Source: a bacterium (lineage in GTDB: Bacteria > Fibrobacterota > Fibrobacteria > UBA11236). From it: a stretch of 64,000 nt of DNA. The position numbers and the translations under genes were made by a program. The notes under the pieces were generated by a model, which was not told the origin of the DNA, did no database searches, and was given only the letters and a program-made list of their open reading frames with translations. Of the stretch, positions 47,325-57,192 are shown piece by piece. The stretch spans positions 6,298-70,297 of the forward strand of contig OMJM01000042.1 of the NCBI GenBank assembly GCA_900299345.1, written 5' to 3'. Numbering within the stretch: position 1 is the first letter of the stretch; each line of letters begins with the position of its first letter.

Positions 47325-48296
47325 ATGCCCTTTCAAAAAACATCGCCGAATCTGGCGTACCGCAACAATTACCCGCATGCCGATCCCGGCATCCTCGATC
47401 TGATCCGTTGGCGGGTGACACGCAAGGCACCGCCAAAACCAAAGCCTTTTCCCCTGACGCCGAATGATCCAGCCGCGTTGCTTACCAACCGCACGCGACC
47501 CTCGTTGACTTGGGTGGGACACTCCACCTTCCTTGTGCAGATCGAAGGAAAAAATTTCCTGACCGACCCCATCTTCAGCGATCGCGCTTCGCCTTTCCCT
47601 ATCGCCGGGCCGAAACGGATCACACCCGTCGGCATCGCCATGGAGGCGCTGCCACACATAGACTTTGTGCTGGTCTCGCACAACCATTACGATCATCTCG
47701 ACGCCCGCTCTCTGAAAGAGCTGCTGCGCCGTCAACCGGAGAATCCTCCGGTGATCGTCACTCCGTCGAAGCTCGGTTCATGGTTCCGGCACCGTGGCTT
47801 TCCGCGCGTGATGGAAATCGACTGGTGGAACAGCGCCGATGTTTGCGGTTTGAAGGTTCATGCCGTACCGGTACAGCACTGGAGCCAGCGCATACCGTTT
47901 ATCGTGAACCGGACGTTGTGGGCCGGGTTCATCGTGGAAGGCCGCAACGGCCGGCTGTTGTTCCCCGGCGACACAGGATACTCTTCCGACTTCAAGGACA
48001 TTCATGAACGCATCGGGCCGATGACGGTGTCGCTGCTGCCCATCGGTGCTTACGAACCGCGCTGGTTCATGCATTCGATGCACATCGGCCCGCACGAGGC
48101 CGTTCAAATCCATCGTGATCTGGGCTCGAAGCTCTCTGTGGCAATGCACTGGGGGACGTTCGCGCTGACGGATGAACCCTTCGAGGAACCACCGCAGTTG
48201 TTGCGGGATACTTTACAGGCCCAAAATCTGACGGAGAAGGACTTTTGGATCATGGGTCACGGTGAGACGCGGTGGCTGGATGAGGTATGGGGATAA
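47325..48296 (+). CDS. MBL-fold metallo-hydrolase (NAPE-PLD/RomA-like)
   Basis: SHNHYDHLD, QHWSQR, GDTGY, PIGAYEPRWFM, MHWGTF. Confidence 0.9.
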   Translation: MPFQKTSPNLAYRNNYPHADPGILDLIRWRVTRKAPPKPKPFPLTPNDPAALLTNRTRPSLTWVGHSTFLVQIEGKNFLTDPIFSDRASPFPIAGPKRITPVGIAMEALPHIDFVLVSHNHYDHLDARSLKELLRRQPENPPVIVTPSKLGSWFRHRGFPRVMEIDWWNSADVCGLKVHAVPVQHWSQRIPFIVNRTLWAGFIVEGRNGRLLFPGDTGYSSDFKDIHERIGPMTVSLLPIGAYEPRWFMHSMHIGPHEAVQIHRDLGSKLSVAMHWGTFALTDEPFEEPPQLLRDTLQAQNLTEKDFWIMGHGETRWLDEVWG

Positions 48297-48299
48297 GGC

Positions 48300-48710
48300 T
48301 TACCCCAAAAATCTCTCCAGCCATTCTGGCTTCGGAACCATACAGGTCTGTGATTTTCCAAACCAACGGTAGCGGTTCCTTGCAATCCACCGATACACTG
48401 CGTCCCTCACCGACCGGGGGATGATGATCAAGAAATACAGCAACGACCACGGCCAACGCAAATGCCTTACGATCCGCAAAGCCGACGTGCTTTCAATGCT
48501 CCACTTCCCCGCCTCCAACAGAACGATGCTGTCGATGTTTTCGTGAGGAACACCGTGCGCCTTGAGAAGGCAAAGTCCCGCCTCGGACTGCAACGGAGCA
48601 AAATGGATATGATGTTTTGAATCTCGTTTGAGAACAAACTTCACCACCCCGTTGCAGAGGTGGCAAAATCCGTCGAAGAGGATGACGGAATGTGAGTCTT
48701 CCGCCTTCAA
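48300..48710 (-). CDS. DCC1-like thiol-disulfide oxidoreductase (YuxK/DUF393)
   Basis: ILFDGFCHLCNG (DxxCxxC), FAPLQS, RDAVYRWIARNRYRWFG. Confidence 0.9.
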   Translation of the reverse strand: MKAEDSHSVILFDGFCHLCNGVVKFVLKRDSKHHIHFAPLQSEAGLCLLKAHGVPHENIDSIVLLEAGKWSIESTSALRIVRHLRWPWSLLYFLIIIPRSVRDAVYRWIARNRYRWFGKSQTCMVPKPEWLERFLG

Positions 48711-48715
48711 CTTCC

Positions 48716-49183
48716 CTATTTGTTCCCGATTACCTTCGTGTCAGCGCCTTTGATCTTCTCATAAGTCCGGAAGCCGCCGAGACCGAGCATGCCGAACAAC
48801 AAGGTCATCAACACATCACCCGGAAGCGCCGGGGGCACAGGGCCATTGAAATGCCGCCACGCTGTGATCCAGCAAAACAACGGATAGCCGAGAAATTGGT
48901 AGGCCAGCCCCAGAACGCAGATCCATCCCACCGCGGGCCGCCAGCCGGCCACGAACATGTTGGGATTGGCCGCCTCGATCTTGTTGATCTCCTGCTGGCC
49001 CGTCGCCAGCTGGACATCCAGTTTGTCTTCGGCAAGCTGGAACTCCTGCGTGGCCTTCTGGATCTCCAGCTTCTTCTCCATCCGCTCTTCGTCGGAGGTG
49101 AAGAGTTTGTCCAACGCGTCACCCGTGTCCTTCACGATATTGCCTCCGGAGAACATTTTCCCAATCAGACTGAACGGATTCAT
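48716..49183 (-). CDS. Holin of the 3TM / GTA-holin type
   Basis: LDKLFTSDEER, QQEINKIEA, FVAGWRPAVGW, LLFGMLGLGGFRTYEK; ATG overlaps the lysozyme stop (ATGA); AAGGGAG SD. Confidence 0.85.
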   Translation of the reverse strand: MNPFSLIGKMFSGGNIVKDTGDALDKLFTSDEERMEKKLEIQKATQEFQLAEDKLDVQLATGQQEINKIEAANPNMFVAGWRPAVGWICVLGLAYQFLGYPLFCWITAWRHFNGPVPPALPGDVLMTLLFGMLGLGGFRTYEKIKGADTKVIGNK

Positions 49184-49668
49184 GCCGCACTCCCTTCCAA
49201 AGCCCTGCGAACCCACCCGAGCAGAAAACGCTCCTGGCTACGATCCTTCATGCAGATATTGACGTAACGGGCGATCTTGCCCAAAGTGAAATTGGCAAGA
49301 AATGCGTGCGCGTCTTCGGCATTGATCGCCGCAATGGATTTCGTGCCGACGGTCCCGTCCGTATCAATTCCCAGTGAATACTGCGCGAGACGGACTGCCG
49401 TTTTGACACCCATGTTGACGGCCGCATCGAACAGACACTCGGCCACAATCTGGTCTGCGATCTCATCGCCCCGAAGCTTGTCCCAATAATCCGCCTTGTA
49501 AATCCCGCGCGCCTGTTCCTCCGTCAATGCACGGATGTTAAGCATGGGGTAACTGCGCTGGGTTATCCCGTATTTGGTGACGCCACCTCTGTCTTTGGGA
49601 TCGTCCGTGATCTTGCCACCGCCCTCGCGCGCCAAAGTCTTGGTGACTGCCGCGTTGAAATCCGCCAT
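49180..49668 (-). CDS. Glycoside hydrolase family 108 muramidase with C-terminal peptidoglycan-binding domain
   Basis: REGG...DDPKDRGGVTKYGIT, YWDK, LFDAAVNMG, DG.VG, RFLLGWVRR; GGAGG SD before ATG 49668; no signal peptide. Confidence 0.9.
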   Translation of the reverse strand: MADFNAAVTKTLAREGGGKITDDPKDRGGVTKYGITQRSYPMLNIRALTEEQARGIYKADYWDKLRGDEIADQIVAECLFDAAVNMGVKTAVRLAQYSLGIDTDGTVGTKSIAAINAEDAHAFLANFTLGKIARYVNICMKDRSQERFLLGWVRRALEGSAA

Positions 49669-49709
49669 GCGCACCTCCGGGAGAGGACGGGAATATATCT
49701 ATCGGTGAA

Positions 49710-51650
49710 CTATTTAACCGATCGCTTCTTCAAATCTTCCCACCACAACAACACTGAAAGGCAACGCCAGAGGTAAGCCGTGTGGTGGTTCGCCAGCATC
49801 TCATAATGTGCGAACAGTTTTGTCCGATCCAGAAACGGGATATCCTCACCTTTTTTCAACATTTCAAAATGGCGTTTGGATCCCAGCAACCAATCCCGCA
49901 GAGGAAATGGGAAACCCATCTTCACCTTCCGCCAGACGACGTCCACGGGAAGATGCGGTTCCATCGACTTGCGCAACACCCATTTCAGCCACCCATCGCG
50001 AATCAGATAATCGGCAGGGAGACGCCCGGCCCACTCCACCACCTCGTGATCCAACAGCGGAAGCCGTACTTCCATCGGCACGCCCATGCAGGAGGTATTT
50101 CCGGACCGAAGCCAGTAATTCATCTTGAAATCCGTGAGGTGGTCGAGCATTCGATGCGCAAAAGAGTCCGAGGCCGACGGCAGGGACGCATGATTTAGAC
50201 GGAGCGGATCGTTTTCCGGGGACGGGCCTGATGAACGTATCCCCTGTTTCCACCCATCGGGAAGCAACAACCACAGTTCACGCAGCCAGGGCTTCACGCC
50301 ATTGTCTTTGCGTTCACTGTACCGCAATAATTCGCGCCATGCCTGCGGCAGGCGTCCCGAGACCAGCAACTGCCGGACATATGGACCAAAATATTCGCTT
50401 CCGTATCCGGCAAAAACCTCGTCGCCACCCGCGCCGTTCAGGCTGACGCGGATTCCCAATGACGCCATACGCCGCCAAATCTCCTGATTGAGAATCATGT
50501 TGGGCGAATGAAAGGGCTCGTCCATTCCGGTTTGGAATCTCGCAAGATGTTCGAGCACCAAGCTGTTTTCCGGGGGCAACTCGTTAAGGTTCACCTCGCC
50601 GGATAAATGCGAAGCCACCTGTCGCGCATATGGGGCTTCATCCCACGCCGTCCCGGGAAAACTCACCGTAAAGGCTTCAAGCGATGACGCCACCCGACCA
50701 CGCGCCTCGGAGGCTAGGGCGGCGAGGGCCGAGCTGTCAAGACCTCCGCTCAGTTCGAGTCCGATGGGCGCGTCGGAACGCAGCCGCACCTGCACCGCAG
50801 ATTGCAGGCGCGCCGTCAACCCTTCAACGGCATCGCGCTGTCCGAGATCGCGTGCGCTCACTCTCGTTTCAGGCAGAGACCAAAAGGACTGCGGCACAAA
50901 ACTTCCATCCGGCTTCACCCATGCATAACTGGCGCGAGGAAAAGTTCGAATGCCTTCGAAGAATGTTTCATCGCCAACATCTCTCAGTCCGGCACGAATG
51001 AATTGTGCGACAGCCTCCATGCGTGGAGGAAAGGCGTGGCAACCAACTGCCGCCGCCTGCAAACCCTTGATCTCGGAGCACCACCAGAGCCTGCCTCCCT
51101 GACGGGCATAGTACAGCGGGGCTTTTCCGATCCGATCTCGCGAAAGCAACAGCGCGTTGCGACGCGCATCCCACAAGGCCAACGCCCAAAATCCCCGAAG
51201 TTTTGCGAAACACTCCGTTCCCCATTGCTGGTAGGCGTGCATCAACACTTCGGCATCGCTGCGCGTGGCGAAGACACGTCCGGCGCGCCTCAATTCTTCC
51301 CGCAATTCCAGATAGTTGTAAATCTCCCCGTTGAACTCCAGTACCAGCGAACCGTCGTTCGTCGCAAACGGCTGATGCCCACCCGGGCTCAAATCGATGA
51401 TGGCGAAGCGGCGATGACCAAAGGCAAGGTCGTGCGTTATACGGAGATCCGATCTCCATTCCGGAAGATCGGGCGTCATTGAGGTTTTATCGCCAAGGAA
51501 CAAAGAAGGCGGTGCACCACCATCGCTCCGAATGAAAGCCATCCCCTCGCCATCTGGCCCGCGATGAGCCACCGCCCGATTCATGGCGCGCAACTGTTTC
51601 GTCTCTTCGACAAGAGCTGAGTATGCGAAATAACCGGAAATGCCGCACAT
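49710..51650 (-). CDS. asnB: Asparagine synthetase B-like amidotransferase (probably glycan-modifying)
   Basis: MCGISG, HRGPDGEG, FNGEIYNY, RDRIGKAPLYY, LSGGLDSS, GAGGDEVFAGY, EVRLPLLD. Confidence 0.9.
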   Translation of the reverse strand: MCGISGYFAYSALVEETKQLRAMNRAVAHRGPDGEGMAFIRSDGGAPPSLFLGDKTSMTPDLPEWRSDLRITHDLAFGHRRFAIIDLSPGGHQPFATNDGSLVLEFNGEIYNYLELREELRRAGRVFATRSDAEVLMHAYQQWGTECFAKLRGFWALALWDARRNALLLSRDRIGKAPLYYARQGGRLWWCSEIKGLQAAAVGCHAFPPRMEAVAQFIRAGLRDVGDETFFEGIRTFPRASYAWVKPDGSFVPQSFWSLPETRVSARDLGQRDAVEGLTARLQSAVQVRLRSDAPIGLELSGGLDSSALAALASEARGRVASSLEAFTVSFPGTAWDEAPYARQVASHLSGEVNLNELPPENSLVLEHLARFQTGMDEPFHSPNMILNQEIWRRMASLGIRVSLNGAGGDEVFAGYGSEYFGPYVRQLLVSGRLPQAWRELLRYSERKDNGVKPWLRELWLLLPDGWKQGIRSSGPSPENDPLRLNHASLPSASDSFAHRMLDHLTDFKMNYWLRSGNTSCMGVPMEVRLPLLDHEVVEWAGRLPADYLIRDGWLKWVLRKSMEPHLPVDVVWRKVKMGFPFPLRDWLLGSKRHFEMLKKGEDIPFLDRTKLFAHYEMLANHHTAYLWRCLSVLLWWEDLKKRSVK

Positions 51651-51679
51651 GGGAGTTGGTAATTTACGAGGTAGCAATT

Positions 51680-52333
51680 ATGAACATCGAGATCTGGTCG
51701 GACGTGGTGTGTCCATGGTGCTACATCGGCAAACGCCGGCTGGAATCCGCGCTGAAACGGTTCCCACATCGCGATGAAGTTGAAATCTTGTGGCGCAGCT
51801 TTGAGCTGGATGCCGATGCACCGCGCAACTTCGATGGGACTGCGGATGAACGCATTGCTAAAAAATATGGAATGAGCCTGGCCCAAGCCGCGACCTCTCA
51901 CGAGCGCGTGACGACGCTGGCCGCGAAAGAAGGACTCGAATACCATTTCGAATATTCGCAGTACGGCAATACCTTTGATGCACACCGGTTAATCCATTTC
52001 GCAAAGACCAAGGGGTTGCAGGGAGAAATGAAAGAGCGTTTGATGAAGGCTTATTTCACGGAAGGTGAAGCCATCAGCGATATCGACACCTTGGTCAAAC
52101 TCGCGGTGGAGTTGGGAATGAACTCTGACGAGGTACGCGCGGTGCTGGAGGGTGACAGCTATGCTTCGGAAGTGCGCGCTGACGAAGAATTAGCCATCAA
52201 GTTCGGCATCCAGGGAGTCCCGTTTTTTGTCATCAATCGAAAGTATGGAATCTCCGGCGCCCAGCCCGTCGAAGCCTTTCTCGAAACGCTGGAACGCGCA
52301 CGGGAAGAATCTGCCGCCACGTCTGCAAGTTAA
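51680..52333 (+). CDS. DsbA-family (FrnE-like) oxidoreductase
   Basis: IWSDVVCPWCYIG, NTFDAHRL, GIQGVPFF, SGAQP; GAGG SD. Confidence 0.92.
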   Translation: MNIEIWSDVVCPWCYIGKRRLESALKRFPHRDEVEILWRSFELDADAPRNFDGTADERIAKKYGMSLAQAATSHERVTTLAAKEGLEYHFEYSQYGNTFDAHRLIHFAKTKGLQGEMKERLMKAYFTEGEAISDIDTLVKLAVELGMNSDEVRAVLEGDSYASEVRADEELAIKFGIQGVPFFVINRKYGISGAQPVEAFLETLERAREESAATSAS

Positions 52334-53799
52334 CCGGGTTGTCTGCCGGGGAGCTTTGCCACGATTTCCAGCACGGCCTCTCGTACTCGTTTTTGTTGCA
52401 GAAGCCATGAGGATGCGGCAAAAACAACAACGCCGATCAAGGCTTTCACGACCAGTTCCGTCCAACGGTTCAGGTCCAGATCCCATTTGCTGAAAAGCTG
52501 CATCACCAGCGCCGAGGCCGCTGCAAACGGCAATGCCCAACCCATCGCCAAAGTCATGCGCAAGGGCGGCACACCGATCCATTTGCGCGCCAAATAGAGA
52601 TCCAGCGGCATAGTCAATGCCACGGAAATGACCATGCCCCAAGCGACTCCGCGCAAGCCGTGAGAAGATCCGATCAAAACGGCAGCCGTGTTCATCGCCA
52701 GCGTCAGCACATTAATCCAGAACCCTGTTCCCGCGCGGCCCAAGGCCAAGGTAAGGCTGGCCAACGGATTCGACACTGCCCACAAAAAACCCAGTCCAGT
52801 CAGAATCCAAAGCACTGGAACGGCTGGTGCCCACCCCTCCCCCAGTACAATGCGGCACAGGGATCCTGCCAGGCCAAACAGAAGCGCGTACAATCCGGCC
52901 GACAAAAACGCCAATAGCGAAAGCGACCGCAACAAAGAAGACGCCAGTCTTTCTTTCTCCTCTTGCAAACGCGCGAAGAGCGGAAAAAGGGTGCGGAACA
53001 CGAAGGGCCCCAGCAAAGCCAACGGCCGCAACGCAATCTGCGAAGCCACTGTGTAATATCCCGCCGCGGAAGCGCCAAGCAGACGCGCGACCAACAAACG
53101 ATCGAGATTTCCCGACGCGTAATTAAGAACGCGCTCACCCATTTGATAGGTCCCGAAAGTTGCCAGCGGACGCAGGTCATCCCAGCTTAAGCGTGGAAAT
53201 GGACGCAACGATGAAAACACGCCCAACATTCCGCAGCGCACAGCTAACAAGGCAACTTGTCCCGCCACCAAGGCCATGGCTTCGCGCCGCCACAACCCCC
53301 AACCCAGCGCCACGGTCAATGAAGCGAGAGCGGCAAGGATTTCCGCAGAGGCAAGACGCTTGAAGCTCAAACGGCGCTGCAGGTCCGCCTGAAAGACGAG
53401 ACCCGGACCCGCAAATGGAAGCGTCAACGCGGCGACACACAACAGCGGCACCAAACCCTGAAGGTGCAATAGGTGTTCGAATCCCGAAGAGACCGCCGTG
53501 AGTCCCACGAACAACACCAGCCCTCCAAGCACGCAGGCCCACAAGGCACTTGCCCAGGCCTTCTCGCCGATTTGAACGCGCTGCACCAGCGCATTAGTCA
53601 ATCCAAGATCCGTCAAGCCTTGCGCAAACCCGGCGATGGAAATGGCCGTGGACGCCAGACCAAATTCGGCCGGACTCAGCCAGCGCGCCAGTACGACGAG
53701 TTGCAATAACTGCGACAAGAGAGTGGCGCCCGCCGCCACCGCATTCCAGCGCATGGCAGATCCAGCCTCACGAGCCAGCGAACCCGTCTGTTCCTTCAT
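52330..53799 (-). CDS. Wzx/PST-type polysaccharide flippase
   Basis: LARWLSPAEFGL, DLGLTNALVQ, NLDRLLVARLLG..AAGYY; many TM segments. Confidence 0.88.
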   Translation of the reverse strand: MKEQTGSLAREAGSAMRWNAVAAGATLLSQLLQLVVLARWLSPAEFGLASTAISIAGFAQGLTDLGLTNALVQRVQIGEKAWASALWACVLGGLVLFVGLTAVSSGFEHLLHLQGLVPLLCVAALTLPFAGPGLVFQADLQRRLSFKRLASAEILAALASLTVALGWGLWRREAMALVAGQVALLAVRCGMLGVFSSLRPFPRLSWDDLRPLATFGTYQMGERVLNYASGNLDRLLVARLLGASAAGYYTVASQIALRPLALLGPFVFRTLFPLFARLQEEKERLASSLLRSLSLLAFLSAGLYALLFGLAGSLCRIVLGEGWAPAVPVLWILTGLGFLWAVSNPLASLTLALGRAGTGFWINVLTLAMNTAAVLIGSSHGLRGVAWGMVISVALTMPLDLYLARKWIGVPPLRMTLAMGWALPFAAASALVMQLFSKWDLDLNRWTELVVKALIGVVVFAASSWLLQQKRVREAVLEIVAKLPGRQPG

Positions 53800-54893
53800 A
53801 GACTCAGAAATCCACCCAAGCGGTTGGCATAGGCTTCCCAATGCCAGTGTTCACGGGCCTTGCGACACACCGACACGAAATGTTCGTAATCGGACACCAG
53901 CTCTTCCAAGCCGCGCGCAATGTCCTGCGGAGAATACGAGTCGACCACCACTCCCACCCGGAACTCCTTCAACAACTCCCGATGTGCGAGATTGTCGCTC
54001 AAGAGGACGGGACACAACGCGTGTACATAATCGAAAATCTTGTTGGCCCATGTCAGGGCAAAACTGTCGCACACGGGCTGCATCAGATGAATCCCGACAT
54101 GGGCTTGCGCAATAAGTCCGGGAAGCTTTTCAAAAGGCACTGCGCCATGAAAAACGACGCGCTCGCGCAGCTCTCCGGCTTTCATGCGCAAGTTCATTTC
54201 TTCCAATCCCGCGCCGTATACATCGAGGCAAAAACGAGTCTCGGATTGCATGGCAACGAATAATTCCGGCAAGCCAGTGGCAGTCCGCAGCCCCCCCTGA
54301 AAAATCAAACGCGCCTCGTTCGTTGGAGGCATTCTCTCCGCGACAAGTTCAGGCACCGCAAAAGGCATGTTGGGCTGCAAATGAAAATCCACCGTGGGAT
54401 GGCGTTCCTTCAAGCGGTTCACAATGGCCGGGCTCACGGTGATACACTTGCGAATCAGCGCGAAGCCGCCGTTTTCCCAAAGCCGCCAGAAGATTCGACG
54501 GCTGGGGCGGTTCAACACCAACGGCGTTTCAAGGAACAATTCGTGTGAATCGTAAATCACCGTGCGACCACGTAGCTTGCCCCAGAACGCCAGCCAAAAC
54601 AACGGCGGCGCATCCAGGGAAATCCATATCTTCGCGGGACTGCGCCACAACACCGGCATCAAGCGCAATAGGAAGGAAAGAAACACGGGGAAAAAACTTC
54701 GCTGATGGGACTCTGACGTCAGTACACGCACCTCAAACCCGTCCCATGCCGGTCCCAGGGAATGTACGGGCTTGTCGCAGTAGATGACGGGCTTGTATCC
54801 GAGATTCCGCAGCGATTTTGCCAGCTTGAAACAGCGGTGATCCGTACCCAAGTCGGTCAGGATGGCGAAGAGGATTTCAGGCGTAGATGACAA
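53796..54893 (-). CDS. Glycosyltransferase family 4
   Basis: VIYDSHE, IFQGG, NKIFDY; ATGA-coupled to the flippase. Confidence 0.85.
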   Translation of the reverse strand: MSSTPEILFAILTDLGTDHRCFKLAKSLRNLGYKPVIYCDKPVHSLGPAWDGFEVRVLTSESHQRSFFPVFLSFLLRLMPVLWRSPAKIWISLDAPPLFWLAFWGKLRGRTVIYDSHELFLETPLVLNRPSRRIFWRLWENGGFALIRKCITVSPAIVNRLKERHPTVDFHLQPNMPFAVPELVAERMPPTNEARLIFQGGLRTATGLPELFVAMQSETRFCLDVYGAGLEEMNLRMKAGELRERVVFHGAVPFEKLPGLIAQAHVGIHLMQPVCDSFALTWANKIFDYVHALCPVLLSDNLAHRELLKEFRVGVVVDSYSPQDIARGLEELVSDYEHFVSVCRKAREHWHWEAYANRLGGFLSL

Positions 54894-54988
54894 GCGTACC
54901 GCAAGAATAAAGTGGACTTGAACTTACAAATTTGGGATTTGGTAACTTGTCGGACGTTCTCATTGCGAACAAACCGCAACCCTTTGGC

Positions 54989-56095
54989 ATGAGTGGAATC
55001 CTGGAAAACCCAAACTTGATGCGCCGAGGAGGTCCCGGCCTGCTGGCCGGAGTTTTGACACCTCTGCTGAAGCCGCTGCTCCGGGCGTTTCCAAAACCGC
55101 GCCTCTATCCGAATGTCCCCTTATCGGTGTTCCAAAGCTATCTCGTGGGCGATCTGTTCATGGCGCTTCCCGCGCTTCAAGAACTGGGAAAAAGCATCGA
55201 CATTCAGATTCTCTGCCGACCCGACTGCGTAGAAATTTTGCGCGGACTGGGTTTCAAGGCTTTGCCCTTCGACAATGCATTTCTCACGCGCCCGACCTTC
55301 ACGACCTTTTTCAGAACCTTCTCCCAGGCTTGGAAGCTCAGGGGAGAACTTGGGAGCATGGCTTTGGATCTCGACGCGGATCCCCGCACGGCTTTTTGGT
55401 TGAAGATTGCCGGAGTTCATACAGCCCTCTCTTTTGATCGGGCCGGAGCTTCCCTTTTCGACATACGCTTTGCCATGCCTCCAGAAGCGGTGCATCAGGC
55501 GGATCGGGATATCGCGGTCGTCCAGGCATTTTGCGAATCGAGATTTGTTGGCCCGGTAGGGGCAAATGATTATTTGCCCCTACCGGGCCAACCATCGTCC
55601 CAACAAAAAGCAAATGCGTCTTGGATCATCTCCTGTTGGACACGCAAAGACACCAAAAACTGGCCTCTGGATCGGTGGGAACAGCTGCTGGAAAAAATGC
55701 TCGCCGCCAACGTCTCCTTCCGCATCTTGGAGGCGCCGGACGGCGATGAGGGATTCAAGGATTTCCGACAACGCTGGTCGCAGCGCGCGGAATTTATGAA
55801 CGGATCACTGGCGGATGTTGTCGAACAAATCCGAAGCTGCGCAGGGATCGTCGCGACCGACAATTTTACGGGCCATGTGGCGGGTTATTTCGGAAAACCT
55901 GTACTGTGGATCAACGGTTCATCGGATGCACGTCAGGTCCTGCCCCGGGGACCGCGCACGTACGCGGTCCAGGTGGACCCCATGCCCTGCCGGCCTTGCG
56001 GCCACCGCTGCGCGAATCCGGAATACAAGGCCTGTCTTGTCCGCCTGGACGTTGACAGGGTTTGGGATGCCTTCAGGAAACTTGGCGGCAATTAG
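54989..56095 (+). CDS. Glycosyltransferase family 9 (heptosyltransferase-like)
   Basis: VGDLFMALPAL, KNWPLDRW, ATDNFTGHVA, PCRPC...C....CL; start uncertain. Confidence 0.8.
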   Translation: MSGILENPNLMRRGGPGLLAGVLTPLLKPLLRAFPKPRLYPNVPLSVFQSYLVGDLFMALPALQELGKSIDIQILCRPDCVEILRGLGFKALPFDNAFLTRPTFTTFFRTFSQAWKLRGELGSMALDLDADPRTAFWLKIAGVHTALSFDRAGASLFDIRFAMPPEAVHQADRDIAVVQAFCESRFVGPVGANDYLPLPGQPSSQQKANASWIISCWTRKDTKNWPLDRWEQLLEKMLAANVSFRILEAPDGDEGFKDFRQRWSQRAEFMNGSLADVVEQIRSCAGIVATDNFTGHVAGYFGKPVLWINGSSDARQVLPRGPRTYAVQVDPMPCRPCGHRCANPEYKACLVRLDVDRVWDAFRKLGGN

Positions 56096-57192
56096 TAGTC
56101 ACGCGGCGCATCGTCGCGACGTTCTTGCTGCTTGACGTCACCGTGTTTGTCGCACACCATGTGATAGTGACTGTCCTTGCCGTCCCGGTGCTCATGCATA
56201 TCGGCATCCAGAGTGTCCCCACGGAAAGTTCCCGTCACCTGTCCGGTCGCACCCTTTTCGTCCTCCGTGGAGAGGACAAAATTTCCATGTATGTCCACGC
56301 TTCCCGAGACCATGGGCGTATCGGGCGTGAAGTCAAGCGAGGAGTAACGCAATACGCCGGACTTCCACCGATTCTCGGAGTTAAAGCGCAACAATGCGTT
56401 GTCGCGGAATGGCCAGGCCAGTTTGCCAAGGCGTACCCAATAGCGGCCTGTGGATTTTTGGAGCGAATCGGTCGTCAGCGGGTTTAACACAAAGGTCACC
56501 AAAGAGGTATCGCTCATCACCAATGAGGAATCTCCCCGAACGCCCTTCGCGGTGAATAGCGCTGTGTCTCCATTACGACGCAAATCGGTTTCTGAGTAGG
56601 AAAGTGGCTGGGATGTCTTGCCCCGATGATAAATCTTGGCTCGAATCACGGACCATTGTTTTTCGACATCAGGTTTACGCAATGGATTCCACATTTTGCG
56701 CTGCAGTTCGACCACCCCTGAATCTCCACTACCCCATAAGACGCTATCTCCATCCGCATCGATCATTCGCGTCCATTCCAACGTATCACTACGCCACACC
56801 CGGTAGGCGATGTATTCCCGGATCCGATTGTCGCTCTTGGTACTTAGACTCCCGTCTCCACTGTTGACACGCAACTTCTGCACGAACTTCCAGTCCTCCG
56901 GACCCTGTTCAAGTGTCAGGATGGTATCCTGAACCGCACTCGAGAGACCCGCAGCGATTTTGGCGGTGGTGGAAACGGTAATCGCGAGGGAATTCACGGA
57001 CAAGTCCGGCGTGGTATCAATGCCTTGGAACTGATCCCACTGCGTGTATGAGGAGATGTCGGTGGCGGCCACCTTGGCCACAGGTTGAATCGTGTTGGGA
57101 AAATCCTCACCGCCCGTATACTGATATTCCGTTTGGAAGAAACATCCTGAAAGAAGAAAGAGGACTGCCAGGGCCTTCACGTGCTTCATCAT
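56092..57192 (-). CDS. Hypothetical lipoprotein
   Basis: Lipobox LLSG|C; beta-rich; His-rich near the C-terminus; ATGA overlap with the TIGR02147-like gene. Confidence 0.75.
   Translation of the reverse strand: MMKHVKALAVLFLLSGCFFQTEYQYTGGEDFPNTIQPVAKVAATDISSYTQWDQFQGIDTTPDLSVNSLAITVSTTAKIAAGLSSAVQDTILTLEQGPEDWKFVQKLRVNSGDGSLSTKSDNRIREYIAYRVWRSDTLEWTRMIDADGDSVLWGSGDSGVVELQRKMWNPLRKPDVEKQWSVIRAKIYHRGKTSQPLSYSETDLRRNGDTALFTAKGVRGDSSLVMSDTSLVTFVLNPLTTDSLQKSTGRYWVRLGKLAWPFRDNALLRFNSENRWKSGVLRYSSLDFTPDTPMVSGSVDIHGNFVLSTEDEKGATGQVTGTFRGDTLDADMHEHRDGKDSHYHMVCDKHGDVKQQERRDDAPRDY

Noticed and set aside
48716-49668. Prophage
   Set aside because: No integrase, terminase, capsid, tail or att sites; flanks are cellular genes
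49700-49722. Imperfect inverted repeat ATCGGT...ACCGAT upstream of GH108
   Set aside because: Only 6 bp perfect and overlaps the asnB stop; insufficient support
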